A DNA stretch of 49,014 nt from UHGV virus genome UHGV-1369627. One strand, written 5' to 3'. The position numbers and the translations under genes are program-made. The stretch comes from a virus. Shown here one piece after another: positions 1 to 9,652 of the stretch. The notes under the pieces were generated by a model. That model was not told the DNA's origin, searched no databases, and saw nothing but the letters and a program-made list of their open reading frames with translations. The first letter of the stretch is position 1; the number at the start of each line of letters is the position of its first letter.

Positions 1-782
1 GCAACGCCTTTTGACGCCGTCATTTGAAGTTTAGAGCGCCAGTGCTCAAACTCTTCGTCTACCTTGACTCCTGAATCCACCCATTTAATTAAACCTCGCC
101 CATGAGCCTCGCCTAAATATCCTTCGTGTACACTATCACGGCCTGAATCAAAGAAAATTGGGCGCAACTCTTCTGGTAGCTTGGTAAATTCCTGAATTTT
201 TCCATTATCATACATCATCATGCTTGCTGTCATTTCAAACATAAAATCTTTTTCGCATACAGCATGCAATCCGAGGGATTCAGGTTTCTTGGGGTTTTTA
301 AAGCTAGTTTTCTCTCTGGCGCGTAAACATACAATGATATGCATATTGCTCTGCAAAAGAGCGCTCATGAATTTTTTATGCTCAGACTTGGCTCGCTTCC
401 AGTCTGCCATTGCCTTACCCTGCAATAGTGGTTGCTCTGCAATATCATTGCATCCGCCTTCACCTTCCCATTCGTGAGATCCTGAATCAATAACCAGAAC
501 CTTAACGCCTGCCTCCTGAAATTCCTCGATAGCCTGGCGGTAACGGGCAGGGCTAAATGGCGCATACAGATCAGCGTGCATAAATGGACCATCAAGCTCT
601 CCAGAATAAAGCCTGCCGCGACCATTTTCAGAGTCAAGAAATCCAATTTCTTCTGGTTTATTAACCATGCCTCGAGCCATCTTTAGTGCCGTAAGTGTCT
701 TACCGCTACCAGACTGCCCAGAGATGCCAATCACTACGCGAGAACCAGAACGCTCTGCTGACTTAATGTTTAAAATGCCCAT
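1..782 (-). CDS. RecA-fold AAA ATPase, Sak4-like recombination protein (N-terminal ~260 aa; the ORF continues off the left edge and is in frame with 49014..48759)
   Basis: ATG at 782 preceded by RBS GAGGTGA. Walker A GISGQSGSGKT. Open to position 1. Adjacent to an exonuclease and SSB, as in Sak4 modules. Confidence 0.7.
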   Translation of the reverse strand, partial: MGILNIKSAERSGSRVVIGISGQSGSGKTLTALKMARGMVNKPEEIGFLDSENGRGRLYSGELDGPFMHADLYAPFSPARYRQAIEEFQEAGVKVLVIDSGSHEWEGEGGCNDIAEQPLLQGKAMADWKRAKSEHKKFMSALLQSNMHIIVCLRAREKTSFKNPKKPESLGLHAVCEKDFMFEMTASMMMYDNGKIQEFTKLPEELRPIFFDSGRDSVHEGYLGEAHGRGLIKWVDSGVKVDEEFEHWRSKLQMTASKGV

Positions 783-805
783 CACTTCACCTCATTTACT
801 ATAAA

Positions 806-1744
806 TTACAGGTTAAATTGCTTTTTGAACCATTCTGGCGTTTCCATTTCGATGACCGGATTACCCATTGAGTAGCCAGGCCATGAATTGGCTTTTTTGC
901 ATGCCTTATAGATTTCCATCGCGCTTCGCAGCTGAATGCGACCAATGCGTAACTGCTCATCCGTCAGACGAATCAATGCAGGGATGAATGGAGATTTTTT
1001 CTCCTGCACTAGAAGGTTTACCGAGCGAGGTGCATGCCCATAAGCCTCGACAAACATATCGTGCTGCATTGTCATTTTCATGAAGTAGCCGAGTCGTGCT
1101 GCATGGCGAAAAAACTCATCAGGCTTGGCGCTCACCGCTGTTTTGTAGTCGATGATGTCGCCACCTCGAGTAAGGCAGTCAAAGCGTACCTTTGATGGTT
1201 CTCCAAGCAACTGACCGAGAATTGACACCTCGGAATAAGCACCAGAAAGCAGGCTGCTGTAATAGCTGTTTGCATGGATTACGGCGCGCATCTGCATGAT
1301 TGCGTCATAATCATCGCCTTCCAGCAAAATTCTGCCTTTCGCATTGAGTTCAGCAAATAGGCGCTCTTCATCATAGATTCTAACTGGCTCTCCAGTTGAA
1401 CGGATGATTTTAATCACCTCAGCCTTTGTCTTGCCAGAAAGACCTTTGATGCCGCGCTCTTTTGCCCATGAGTTCATATCGCTCACAGTAACAAGAAGTT
1501 CCGCGCCGAAATCCTCTTTCGTCGGCATGCGTGCATATTCTGCTTCGAAGCGCTCAGGCTCAAGCAGTGCGGTATGGCTACCGGTGCCGAAGACAAGAGC
1601 CTTTGATTGCTCATCTTCTTCGTCTTTGTAGCGCCACGCTGCTGGGCATCTGTCATACAGATTCCACAGGCCAGAGCCGTTGATGTGCTCTGTGTCAGCA
1701 TGATATTGGTCATTACTGAGTTCGTTGTTCAGGTAGACTTTCAT
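806..1744 (-). CDS. PD-(D/E)XK family exonuclease (phage recombination exonuclease, Cas4/RecB-like fold)
   Basis: 312-aa ORF. Motif D-IIDYKT is a D...(D/E)XK signature. Located immediately downstream of the ATPase. Confidence 0.7.
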   Translation of the reverse strand: MKVYLNNELSNDQYHADTEHINGSGLWNLYDRCPAAWRYKDEEDEQSKALVFGTGSHTALLEPERFEAEYARMPTKEDFGAELLVTVSDMNSWAKERGIKGLSGKTKAEVIKIIRSTGEPVRIYDEERLFAELNAKGRILLEGDDYDAIMQMRAVIHANSYYSSLLSGAYSEVSILGQLLGEPSKVRFDCLTRGGDIIDYKTAVSAKPDEFFRHAARLGYFMKMTMQHDMFVEAYGHAPRSVNLLVQEKKSPFIPALIRLTDEQLRIGRIQLRSAMEIYKACKKANSWPGYSMGNPVIEMETPEWFKKQFNL

Positions 1745-2169
1745 TGCATCTCCTCAACATCTCGCCAGTCCATGTTAGAGTTATTTTGTCCGTAAACACC
1801 ACCGTAAAAATAATTATCTCCAGGCCAAACGATATTTCCGCCATAGTAACCGTTAGAATCATTGCGGTAGTCGATTATCATTTCGCCTTTATCGGTGATG
1901 ATTTTAGCCCCGTAGTATTGGACAAAATCGCAACCAGGCATATCACCAAGGTCAGGCATATCTAAATCCTGGCACTCAATTATTGTAAATGGCAGACCAA
2001 GCGCTGGCATCTCTACAGACTCAATCCACGTGTATGAGCAGCAATCAGCGTCAACCATAACAACTAATTGCTCTCCATCATCAGAGACAAAAAGCATCGC
2101 CTCTTTGTCTTCTGCAATTTTCACTTCAATAATTTTCTTACCAATAAGTAAGTTTTCCATCTTCATCAC
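1741..2169 (-). CDS. hypothetical protein
   Basis: 142-aa ORF with RBS GGTGAGGTGA. Has its own TTGATG-N17-TAGATT promoter in the gap at 2191..2219. Confidence 0.5.
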   Translation of the reverse strand: MMKMENLLIGKKIIEVKIAEDKEAMLFVSDDGEQLVVMVDADCCSYTWIESVEMPALGLPFTIIECQDLDMPDLGDMPGCDFVQYYGAKIITDKGEMIIDYRNDSNGYYGGNIVWPGDNYFYGGVYGQNNSNMDWRDVEEMQ

Positions 2170-2190
2170 CTCACCATTTATCGTTAAATC

Positions 2191-2219
2191 AATCTACATC
2201 AAACCACGTCATTCATCAA
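2191..2219 (-). promoter_or_regulatory. promoter TTGATG-N17-TAGATT (minus strand)
   Basis: The -10 is the reverse complement of 2191..2196. The -35 is the reverse complement of 2214..2219. Confidence 0.45.
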
Positions 2220-2625
2220 GCCCAAAATAGAATAACGTCGCTCTTTTTAGCTCCTCAAGGCCATAAGCAATAGCGCCAAAGTGACCCTCTGCAATGGCGC
2301 ACTCCAGAACCTCAATCTGCGATGGCGATACTTTTGATTTTGTCTTATCACGCCTCTTCAGTTCAATCAGGCCGCATTTATGATTAACACCGTGGGTTAG
2401 TATCACGTTGTCGCTTACACCGCTCCTGACCCCCATTTTACGGCGTTTTTCGATGAACTGCGGCCCACTCTTTGTTCCAGTCTCGTTAGGCACATGAAAC
2501 CACAGGACTTCAGGGAATCGGTATTGCATCCAAATACCATAGGCCATCTGGTCAGTTTCCTCCCTTGGACACTCCCCGCGATAACCGCTATCAAATACCC
2601 ATATTCCACTATCAAGCTGCTTCAA
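2209..2625 (-). CDS. VRR-NUC domain nuclease
   Basis: 138-aa ORF with VRR-NUC-like blocks (GVSDNVILTHG...GLIELKR). Immediately follows the SF2 helicase, a common phage pairing. Confidence 0.65.
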   Translation of the reverse strand: MKQLDSGIWVFDSGYRGECPREETDQMAYGIWMQYRFPEVLWFHVPNETGTKSGPQFIEKRRKMGVRSGVSDNVILTHGVNHKCGLIELKRRDKTKSKVSPSQIEVLECAIAEGHFGAIAYGLEELKRATLFYFGLDE

Positions 2626-2635
2626 TTTTTTCTCC

Positions 2636-4546
2636 TTAAAATTCTTTTCTGTGGATTATGTCGCGGCCTTTATCGTTAAAACGATGCGTTATGCGCTTTG
2701 GCGCGCGGATAAGACCAGTGAACGCCATGAATGCTTTTGCGTTGTGGCAATTCATGAGGTTATCAATCATATTCCTGTCTGATACGTGGTTTAGTAATCC
2801 TTTAATCTTAAACTGATTTTTAAGGTACTTCTCCTGCCTGCCAAATGGATAGAACACCTCACCGGCCCAGCCATCTTTGCCGTTTTCTTTCGTGATGAAG
2901 TAACGATAGACAACGCCCTTCTCATCTTTCGTTAGCTCAATCTTGAAATCCTTGACTTCAGTCCATTCATTATCCGTATAAGCACGCTCATTAAGCGCCG
3001 CATTTGGGTCGCGTAAAACGTGATCGCATTGACGGCAATAACGAGCTGTCGGGTCGTTCTTTGTGCCGCAACCATCATCAAAAATACGGATGCCGTGCTT
3101 GTCGAAACCACAGCGAATGAAGCTGAAAAACTCTTCGCATCGTCCATCTGGCGATGTTGCATCTTTACCAATGCATCGCCGTGCGTATGGGCTGTTCATC
3201 GTCTGGCATTTAGGGCATGGAACCTGCTCTCCGCTGCGCTTGGCGCGTTGTGCTTCTGCTTCCTCAAGAATAGGGTCTTCATACAGGCCACCAAGTTCGA
3301 ACATGGTTCCGGTAAAGTCAAGGCAAAGATGGTTTTCTTTCACCAGGCCTGCGGCAATCTGGTCTGGCTTCAACAGGCGCATCGGTCTGCCTAGCAACTG
3401 CGTCAGAAGCGTCAGGGACATTATTTTTCTCAGAATGACAGACGTATCCCAATATGGGATGTTGACACCAGTCGTCAGGCAACCGATTTGCAGCGTGTAT
3501 TTTTTGCGCCCGGTTGCCGCATCTTTCAGAGCTTTCCGTCTGGCTTTCTGCCCCATATCCTCGGTAACAATGGAATAACTGCCTTCTGGTAAATATTTTG
3601 CAGCCTCCTTGCAATGTTTTTTACCTGCGCAGGTAATGAGTACACCAAGTCTGTCGCGCGTAAGCTCCATGACTTTGAGCATTATTTTTTGCGTCAATGT
3701 ACCCTGCTTGAGGATTTCTTCCTGCATCTCTTTTAGCTGGCTATCAGTAAAGTCCTGCACGCCGTCAACTTCACTACTGGCAAACTCATGCAGATCGTAT
3801 TGCAAGTCCTCGATATCCTGGCCGCCGAAAATTGTCGGAACCAGAAATCCAAGATCGACAAGGTATTTTGTGCTGATGTTGACAATTTCATGTTTCCAGT
3901 AAGCCCCTTTTATCGACTCAACGCCGCGAAATGGGCTGCCGGTGTAGCCGATGACAATCACCTCATGCCCATACTTCGCTTTACAGCGCCGGTTAAGTTC
4001 ATTCATAATGACACCGTACTGCGTCTCTGGCTGCTCTGATATTATGTCCTGCCAGTTAACCTGATGGCATTCATCGACAAGGATGTAGCGAGGGGAAAAG
4101 TCTGATAGCAGTGATTTCGTCACGGTGCCATCATCGGCTGTCTTATCAAAAAGACCATTTATTATTGTGCCCTCCGTTCCCGCTATAAGCGGATAGGCAT
4201 ATGCTTTACGCCCAAGTGAAGCGCTAAACAGAGAGTTTTTTACGCTCAGGTTCCAAAGCTCCTCAGCATCCTGCTCAATAATTTCGCCTTGCCTTGCGAT
4301 GACAAGCCCCTCCCACCCCATATCCTGAAACCGACGGGCAATCATGGCTATCATGATGGTCTTGCCAGCGCCAACCGACGCGGTAACATAACTTGGCTTG
4401 GGCTGCTTACCAAACTTGCGGATAACTTCCGCTGTCTTTTCATATACCAGCCACTGATAGGGGCGCGGTTCAATTTCCCCGGTATGGATGCTGGCTCGCA
4501 GCTTATCCATATCCAGCTCAGCAATCATTGCATCAATTTTTTGCAT
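2636..4546 (-). CDS. SF2 DEAD/DEAH-box DNA helicase with C-terminal Cys4 zinc ribbons
   Basis: 636 aa. Walker A GAGKT. DECH box LVDECHQ. C-terminal CPKCQ...CRQCDH zinc fingers. Confidence 0.8.
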   Translation of the reverse strand: MQKIDAMIAELDMDKLRASIHTGEIEPRPYQWLVYEKTAEVIRKFGKQPKPSYVTASVGAGKTIMIAMIARRFQDMGWEGLVIARQGEIIEQDAEELWNLSVKNSLFSASLGRKAYAYPLIAGTEGTIINGLFDKTADDGTVTKSLLSDFSPRYILVDECHQVNWQDIISEQPETQYGVIMNELNRRCKAKYGHEVIVIGYTGSPFRGVESIKGAYWKHEIVNISTKYLVDLGFLVPTIFGGQDIEDLQYDLHEFASSEVDGVQDFTDSQLKEMQEEILKQGTLTQKIMLKVMELTRDRLGVLITCAGKKHCKEAAKYLPEGSYSIVTEDMGQKARRKALKDAATGRKKYTLQIGCLTTGVNIPYWDTSVILRKIMSLTLLTQLLGRPMRLLKPDQIAAGLVKENHLCLDFTGTMFELGGLYEDPILEEAEAQRAKRSGEQVPCPKCQTMNSPYARRCIGKDATSPDGRCEEFFSFIRCGFDKHGIRIFDDGCGTKNDPTARYCRQCDHVLRDPNAALNERAYTDNEWTEVKDFKIELTKDEKGVVYRYFITKENGKDGWAGEVFYPFGRQEKYLKNQFKIKGLLNHVSDRNMIDNLMNCHNAKAFMAFTGLIRAPKRITHRFNDKGRDIIHRKEF

Positions 4547-4560
4547 TTTGAATCACCAAA

Positions 4561-5082
4561 TTATTTCAATCGACCAAAATCTTTGTGGTATTTTTTAGAT
4601 GCTATTGCATACGCCCTTGCGGCTGCTTCTTTTGTGGCATGCCTTCCAAGCCATATTTTTTTATTATTAACCCATATCCAGCAAGTCCATCTACCTGTCT
4701 GCTTGCAAAAACCTACACCTTTCACTCCTGATGTGTTGTGTTTTGGGGTTCTCATGTTTCTAACATTTTCGTTAAAGTTTGCCTCTCTAAGGTTTTCTAT
4801 TTTGTTGTTTAAAGGATTCCCATCGATATGGTCTATTATTAACTCAGGCCAATGACCATGCACTAACGCCCATATTATTCTATGAACCTTTATATCAAAG
4901 CCTAAAAAACCAACCTGAAGATATCCACTTACAGTCTTTGAGCCTGCAATGGCACCACGTTTCACCCTGTTTGTTGTTGTTCTTTTCCATATGAGATTTA
5001 TTCCGTCATATGAAAAATACTCACGTAGCATGGATAATGGTATTGACCTCTCTTTTGACTTCATCAATTCGAAATCATTCAC
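4561..5082 (-). CDS. HNH homing endonuclease with AP2 DNA-binding domain
   Basis: Contains IDHIDGNPLNNKIENLR and SGVKGV...W. Paralogous to the ORFs at 16722, 24056 and 37857. Confidence 0.75.
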   Translation of the reverse strand: MNDFELMKSKERSIPLSMLREYFSYDGINLIWKRTTTNRVKRGAIAGSKTVSGYLQVGFLGFDIKVHRIIWALVHGHWPELIIDHIDGNPLNNKIENLREANFNENVRNMRTPKHNTSGVKGVGFCKQTGRWTCWIWVNNKKIWLGRHATKEAAARAYAIASKKYHKDFGRLK

Positions 5083-5114
5083 TTTACGTTACCCTCATTC
5101 AGTGTTACGCTTAA

Positions 5115-5143
5115 AGCATACAAACAGTAACAGATGGAGTCAA
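5115..5143 (-). promoter_or_regulatory. sigma70-like promoter TTGACT-N17-TATGCT for the leftward helicase operon
   Basis: -35 is the reverse complement of 5138..5143. -10 is the reverse complement of 5115..5120. Confidence 0.35.
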
Positions 5144-5144
5144 C

Positions 5145-6035
5145 ATGTTTTATTGGGAAGATATACGACAAAGGATGATTGGCAACTGGGAGGCCGCGCT
5201 ACTCTCAATAGTGAATATTGACAGGAATGTTTTTACTGGGAAGCATCAGCCATGCCCTCATTGCATGGGTAAGGATAGGTTTAGGTGGGATAACAACTTC
5301 GAAACAAAAGGTGACGGCGGCGCCATCTGCAACCAGTGCGGAAACGGGAGCGGCATCACCTGGTTAATGAAGCTGTCAGGAATGACTTTCCCAGAGTCAA
5401 TGGAGGCACTGGCCGGATTTCTCAACATGCACCCACGCGAAAAACTTGAGGCTATTAAAAAGCAACTGCCGAAGGTCAATCATGCTTCTGACTATCTGAC
5501 AGAGGCAGAAGTGGCGGCCATCATGGAAAAAGCAGGCGGCGACACCATAACCGGCAAAACCGGTGAACTGGTGGCGATACCGCTCTATATGGCTGGAACC
5601 ATGACGCCATGCAATGTAGCTTTTCTGGCAGACGATGAAAGCGTGTCATTTCGCGCGGGTTTTAGCCATGAGTACACTCGCGGAAGACTTACGCGAGGCG
5701 CGGTGACACTGATTGGTGAAAAAACAGAGTGGACATACCTAGTTGCGGATTACTTCGATGCCTGGCGAGCACACAGGCTTACCGGCGCACATGTCTGGTG
5801 TTGCTGGTCTCCTGAGAATATGTGGGAAGTTGTGCGCAATGTGAGCGATGAGCAGCGAGCCAAACTACGCTGCATCATTAATAATAATTTCGATGAGGTA
5901 TGCGCCGCCGAGAATGCAGGTCTTCCGATACTGATTACTGATGATGGTCATGATATCCGTTATAGCAGTGCCATCAGGAAAAGGCTGTATAAACCAGAAG
6001 AACTATTTGAAGCACTAAAAAACAAACCCTCCTGA
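5145..6035 (+). CDS. putative DNA primase (N-terminal zinc ribbon, Toprim-like C-terminal region)
   Basis: CPHCMGKDRFRW...CNQCGNG resembles primase zinc-binding domains. ILITDDGHD is a possible Toprim DxD. Confidence 0.5.
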   Translation: MFYWEDIRQRMIGNWEAALLSIVNIDRNVFTGKHQPCPHCMGKDRFRWDNNFETKGDGGAICNQCGNGSGITWLMKLSGMTFPESMEALAGFLNMHPREKLEAIKKQLPKVNHASDYLTEAEVAAIMEKAGGDTITGKTGELVAIPLYMAGTMTPCNVAFLADDESVSFRAGFSHEYTRGRLTRGAVTLIGEKTEWTYLVADYFDAWRAHRLTGAHVWCCWSPENMWEVVRNVSDEQRAKLRCIINNNFDEVCAAENAGLPILITDDGHDIRYSSAIRKRLYKPEELFEALKNKPS

Positions 6036-6052
6036 TGGAGGGATTTTGTTTA
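6025..6052. terminator. bidirectional rho-independent terminator
   Basis: CCCTCC-TGAT-GGAGGG followed by ATTTTGTTT. Confidence 0.65.
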
Positions 6053-6271
6053 TGGTTTTTCTGGTACTGGCATCCAGTGAGTAACATCAATTGTTACCAT
6101 GTTGTCAAGAACTCCATCAGAGTCGATGCTGCACCAAGATACATCCTGAAACCAGTGTCCTTGAAGATAAACTCCATGTAGTGGCTCATCATATTTTGGA
6201 TAAAAAATTACTTTTGTATTTTCCTCTGGTAATTTTTCACTACATTTAATCCATTTATTTTTCATCTCCAA
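6050..6271 (-). CDS. DUF551-like small protein
   Basis: 73 aa. Contains W.KCSEKLPE...VTHWMPVPEKP. Same family as the C-terminal domain of the 10285..10938 product. Confidence 0.55.
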   Translation of the reverse strand: MEMKNKWIKCSEKLPEENTKVIFYPKYDEPLHGVYLQGHWFQDVSWCSIDSDGVLDNMVTIDVTHWMPVPEKP

Positions 6272-7752
6272 CCTCTCTGTGCCGCCATATTCATGCCGAT
6301 ACCCTCAACAATCTGAGAGAATTTAATGCTCATTTTTGTCGACTCAAACTTGCTCGCATCGTTAATCCAGTAACCGCAACCGACAGCATCAATAGCTCTT
6401 GACTCCATCAATGCCTGCATTACTGGCGTGATAAGTGTTTTTGCGCCGAAATTAAAATCCTCTCCATTGGTACGAGCAATAGCTTCTGCCAGTCCTTTTA
6501 GCGACTTGGTTTTAACTACACGCTGAATTATGCTTGACTGAGGCATTGAATCATCGCGTGTTCTACCAGACAGCACGTTTTCAATGCGGTTTTTAATCTC
6601 GTTCCATCGCGCCATAGTACCAAGTTCCTCCTGGCTCTCATTCACTTTAAGCATGCTCATCACGTCAGTAAGGCTTTCGCATACAAAGCAAAAAGCCCAC
6701 ATGAGCATGGATTCTGTAATGACTCCTTTATTACCAGCAGAAAGCGCTGTTGCAACCTTTTCCACTTGCTCAAATGAACGTGATATTACAGCTCCTAGCG
6801 CAACATCATTCCGCAACTCCTCAAAACGATCGTCAAGAGATTCAGCAAGTTGCTCAACCATTGTATCTTCGTACCTCGCCACGGTTGGCGCTGATTTCTC
6901 TATCTGTTTCATCTTCTCGATAAGCGATGGCGGCGTCTTGTGACCGAATCTTTTTGCTTTCCTTGCTCGGCCATCTTTTCCTTTTATGAATATCGCACGA
7001 CCAATAAGGCCGGTGCCAATGTTTTCAGAGCAGATGATGCTTGCCAGCTTTTCAGGCGTTGAGAAGCACATCATTGAAAATATAGGGTCTTCTATCCCGT
7101 TCTGGATGGGCCATAAAATCTCTCTTTCGAGTTGCATTTCACGGCGACGATACTCGGTCTCAACAATGCCTTTATCCTTAACTTCTGCTCGCAGTTTTTT
7201 TAACTCCTTCTCCAGCAACTCCTTCGCATTAATGGCATCAAGGTCAGAGAATTTTTTCAGGCGGTCTGAATAGATTGAGAGAATTTCAGAGCCAAGCTCT
7301 GCCATATAGGTGGCGCCATTCTTTTGTGACATCACGCCAAAAAGGCCATGGCATTCATCAATAATAAATGTTGCCACTCCTTCGTGGTTTATCAGTGTGC
7401 GCCCGATATCTTTTGATGATGCTATGCGGCCAAAAACGTGCTGACCTTTGTCGATATCGCGGGCGATCATCTTGAAGTGACTTTGAGAACGGTCTTTGCC
7501 GCCGGCAGAATCAGCAATGCAGATGGTCAGCAAGTTTCCTTTCATGCCGCTCGGAGTTTTAATTTTACCTTTGCTGGCAATGACCAGTTCATGCAGTGCT
7601 GCCACAGCGCGCAACCTTGGCTGTTCTCGCACCTCACCAGCGGCGATGTCTTCAGCTATCTCACCAGCAAGCCCTGGCGGCTTGGTGATGTCGTACCAGG
7701 AATCTTTTTTGATGTCTGCTGTAAGGTCGTAAATGGTCTTTATTGCCATCAT
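6262..7752 (-). CDS. large hypothetical protein of the replication module (degenerate P-loop SAGGKD plus a DECH-like box; not a canonical helicase)
   Basis: 496-aa ORF with no overlap conflicts, in an operon with the 71-aa and DUF551 genes. Confidence 0.5.
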   Translation of the reverse strand: MMAIKTIYDLTADIKKDSWYDITKPPGLAGEIAEDIAAGEVREQPRLRAVAALHELVIASKGKIKTPSGMKGNLLTICIADSAGGKDRSQSHFKMIARDIDKGQHVFGRIASSKDIGRTLINHEGVATFIIDECHGLFGVMSQKNGATYMAELGSEILSIYSDRLKKFSDLDAINAKELLEKELKKLRAEVKDKGIVETEYRRREMQLEREILWPIQNGIEDPIFSMMCFSTPEKLASIICSENIGTGLIGRAIFIKGKDGRARKAKRFGHKTPPSLIEKMKQIEKSAPTVARYEDTMVEQLAESLDDRFEELRNDVALGAVISRSFEQVEKVATALSAGNKGVITESMLMWAFCFVCESLTDVMSMLKVNESQEELGTMARWNEIKNRIENVLSGRTRDDSMPQSSIIQRVVKTKSLKGLAEAIARTNGEDFNFGAKTLITPVMQALMESRAIDAVGCGYWINDASKFESTKMSIKFSQIVEGIGMNMAAQRGWR

Positions 7753-7964
7753 TGGATCCTTCTGATGGTGAGGATTTCTTTATGGTTGTCAAAACGTGTG
7801 ATGAACATCATGCCAGCATCCTTTGAAACTTTGGAAAGGTTCATCCTGAATCTTGCTATGTCCATGCCAACTATCTCGCTTGACGGCAAGAGCTTAACTT
7901 CATTGACATTAATGCCAGATACGTGATGGTAAACGTGAGCCAAATCGCTGCCAGTTCTGTACAT
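7749..7964 (-). CDS. hypothetical protein
   Basis: 71 aa. Strong RBS AAGGAGGAG. First gene leftward of the AT-rich control region. Confidence 0.45.
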   Translation of the reverse strand: MYRTGSDLAHVYHHVSGINVNEVKLLPSSEIVGMDIARFRMNLSKVSKDAGMMFITRFDNHKEILTIRRIQ

Positions 7965-7985
7965 AACTCCTCCTTATTTTTGGTG

Positions 7986-8014
7986 ATTATAATATATTAA
8001 ATAAATCGGCGCAA
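7986..8014 (-). promoter_or_regulatory. sigma70-like promoter TTGCGC-N17-TATAAT for the leftward early operon
   Basis: Read on the minus strand. -10 corresponds to plus 7986..7991, -35 to plus 8009..8014. Confidence 0.4.
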
Positions 8015-8406
8015 CAGTGTTTCTTCCTGTGCTCGCATCCAATTTTTGGTTGAAATAGATAAAGATGGATAAGTGTTTGGATAAGTTTTTTTACATACTA
8101 TGTATATGTATTTACTACTATTATTATCAATAGATAGTAGTATTTATCCAATTCAACCCATTTTTTGCTTTGCGCAAATTTTAGCGAAAAAAAATGCATC
8201 AAAAATTTTCTACTTTTCTCTCATGGTGAAGGTTTAAGTGATAAATGGTTGAACATTGCATAAGTTAATGAAATTACATGGTTATTTATGGTTAAACCAA
8301 AAAAAATCTTGGGTTAAATGGGTTGAGCATGGTCTATATATATCAACAACTTGCAAAATTGATAACCGTAAGTGATTACTAACTAAATTTTATTTTCACC
8401 ATCATA

Positions 8407-8435
8407 TTGACGTAGATTTAGCGCAGTCGTATAGT
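8407..8435 (+). promoter_or_regulatory. early promoter TTGACGTAGATT-N11-TATAGT
   Basis: -35 TTGACG at 8407..8412, conserved TAGATT at 8413..8418, -10 TATAGT at 8430..8435. Lies 22 nt before the 8457 gene. Confidence 0.55.
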
Positions 8436-8456
8436 TACCACACCAACAACAAAGAG

Positions 8457-8651
8457 GTGATGAAAATGACCAAAGCAATCTACACGCGCACTCAACTTGA
8501 ACCAGAAATGGGCGCAGTGAAGGCGCAGAATTTTATGATGGCGCAGGCAATGCATGCATACAGCAACGGTAAGCGCGTATGTCGCGTTTTTAGTGGCGAA
8601 GGCAAGCACAGAACACTTGAGCAGGTTATCGTGTCATCTGGTGGAAAATAA
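8457..8651 (+). CDS. hypothetical early protein
   Basis: 64 aa, RBS AAGAGGTGA. Confidence 0.45.
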   Translation: MMKMTKAIYTRTQLEPEMGAVKAQNFMMAQAMHAYSNGKRVCRVFSGEGKHRTLEQVIVSSGGK

Positions 8652-8666
8652 ACCGGTTTAGCAACG

Positions 8667-8945
8667 ATGAATAAATTACTGGCAGTGGTTTTACTGGTTA
8701 TCGCTAACGCGGCAAGCGCTGAGACTATATGGGTCACAAAGTATGCACTGACCCGTGGCATTCAGAAGTACGAAAGCGCACAGCTATTTGCAGATGGTCA
8801 GGTTGCCGTAGTTGGCGATGTTTACTTTAAACGTGGTGAATACTGGCTTGATGAGCAACAGGCAAAAGAGCATGCAGAAACTTTGCGGCAACGTCGTGTA
8901 TCTGCATTGATGCGTGAGCTTGAGCGTTTACAGGCGGTTAAGTAA
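8667..8945 (+). CDS. small secreted (signal peptide) protein
   Basis: 92 aa. N-terminal MNKLLAVVLLVIANAASA-E matches an SPI signal peptide. Confidence 0.5.
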   Translation: MNKLLAVVLLVIANAASAETIWVTKYALTRGIQKYESAQLFADGQVAVVGDVYFKRGEYWLDEQQAKEHAETLRQRRVSALMRELERLQAVK

Positions 8946-8966
8946 AGAATACTTGTGAGGTGTGTG

Positions 8967-9167
8967 ATGACAAGCAAAAAGAAGGTAGCAGACAAGAAAT
9001 TTCAGGATGCAATGCAGGCAGTGCATGCTGCTGGCGAGGACAGGGTGAACTATTGCCTTAGTTTTATTCTAGGGTATCTTGAAAGCACCGGCAAAACAGA
9101 AATGCTTCACGAATGGGATGATGCTTGTATGCGAATCAAGTTATCTTCTGGCGAGCAAATTCATTAA
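8967..9167 (+). CDS. hypothetical protein
   Basis: ORF 8955..9167; likely start at MTSKKK. Confidence 0.35.
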   Translation: MTSKKKVADKKFQDAMQAVHAAGEDRVNYCLSFILGYLESTGKTEMLHEWDDACMRIKLSSGEQIH

Positions 9168-9181
9168 CAGAGAGCATAAAA

Positions 9182-9652
9182 ATGACTATAAATATTAACG
9201 AAGTTCAGGAAATTATTAAAAACCTTGAGAGCAGTGGTGAACTCTCAATTAAAGAGGAAAAATACCTCAAGGTTGCAAAGCTGTGCGTTCAGCTGGCTGC
9301 GGAGAATGTAGGCATGGATGGATTCGTCGAAGAGATGCTCGCTATCGCATGGCAGGGAGGTTTCACTGATGGCTCCGATATTCAGGAGTTAGCCCTGAAG
9401 CATGGCCTTATTAGGCAAGAAGTATATTGCGCTGATAAGCACGAAAACTGCGTGTACGACCCAGGCAATTTCGATGATGGTGATGCGGTTTACTTCCGCA
9501 TGGAACCCTCTACCACCGATCGCATCGTAGCCGGGATTAAGGCTGATGGGGTAGAGGAGTTCGCTTCGTATATTTCGCTCTACAATAGCAACGCGGAGCG
9601 CCATGCCATTGATTTTGCCAAGCAACTGCGCGAGGGAGTCAATCATGACTGA
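9182..9652 (+). CDS. hypothetical protein
   Basis: ORF 9125..9652; likely start at MTININ with RBS. Confidence 0.45.
   Translation: MTININEVQEIIKNLESSGELSIKEEKYLKVAKLCVQLAAENVGMDGFVEEMLAIAWQGGFTDGSDIQELALKHGLIRQEVYCADKHENCVYDPGNFDDGDAVYFRMEPSTTDRIVAGIKADGVEEFASYISLYNSNAERHAIDFAKQLREGVNHD

Noticed and set aside
3020-3578. 124-aa and 171-aa plus-strand ORFs
   Set aside because: Embedded antisense within the SF2 helicase gene. No translation signals.
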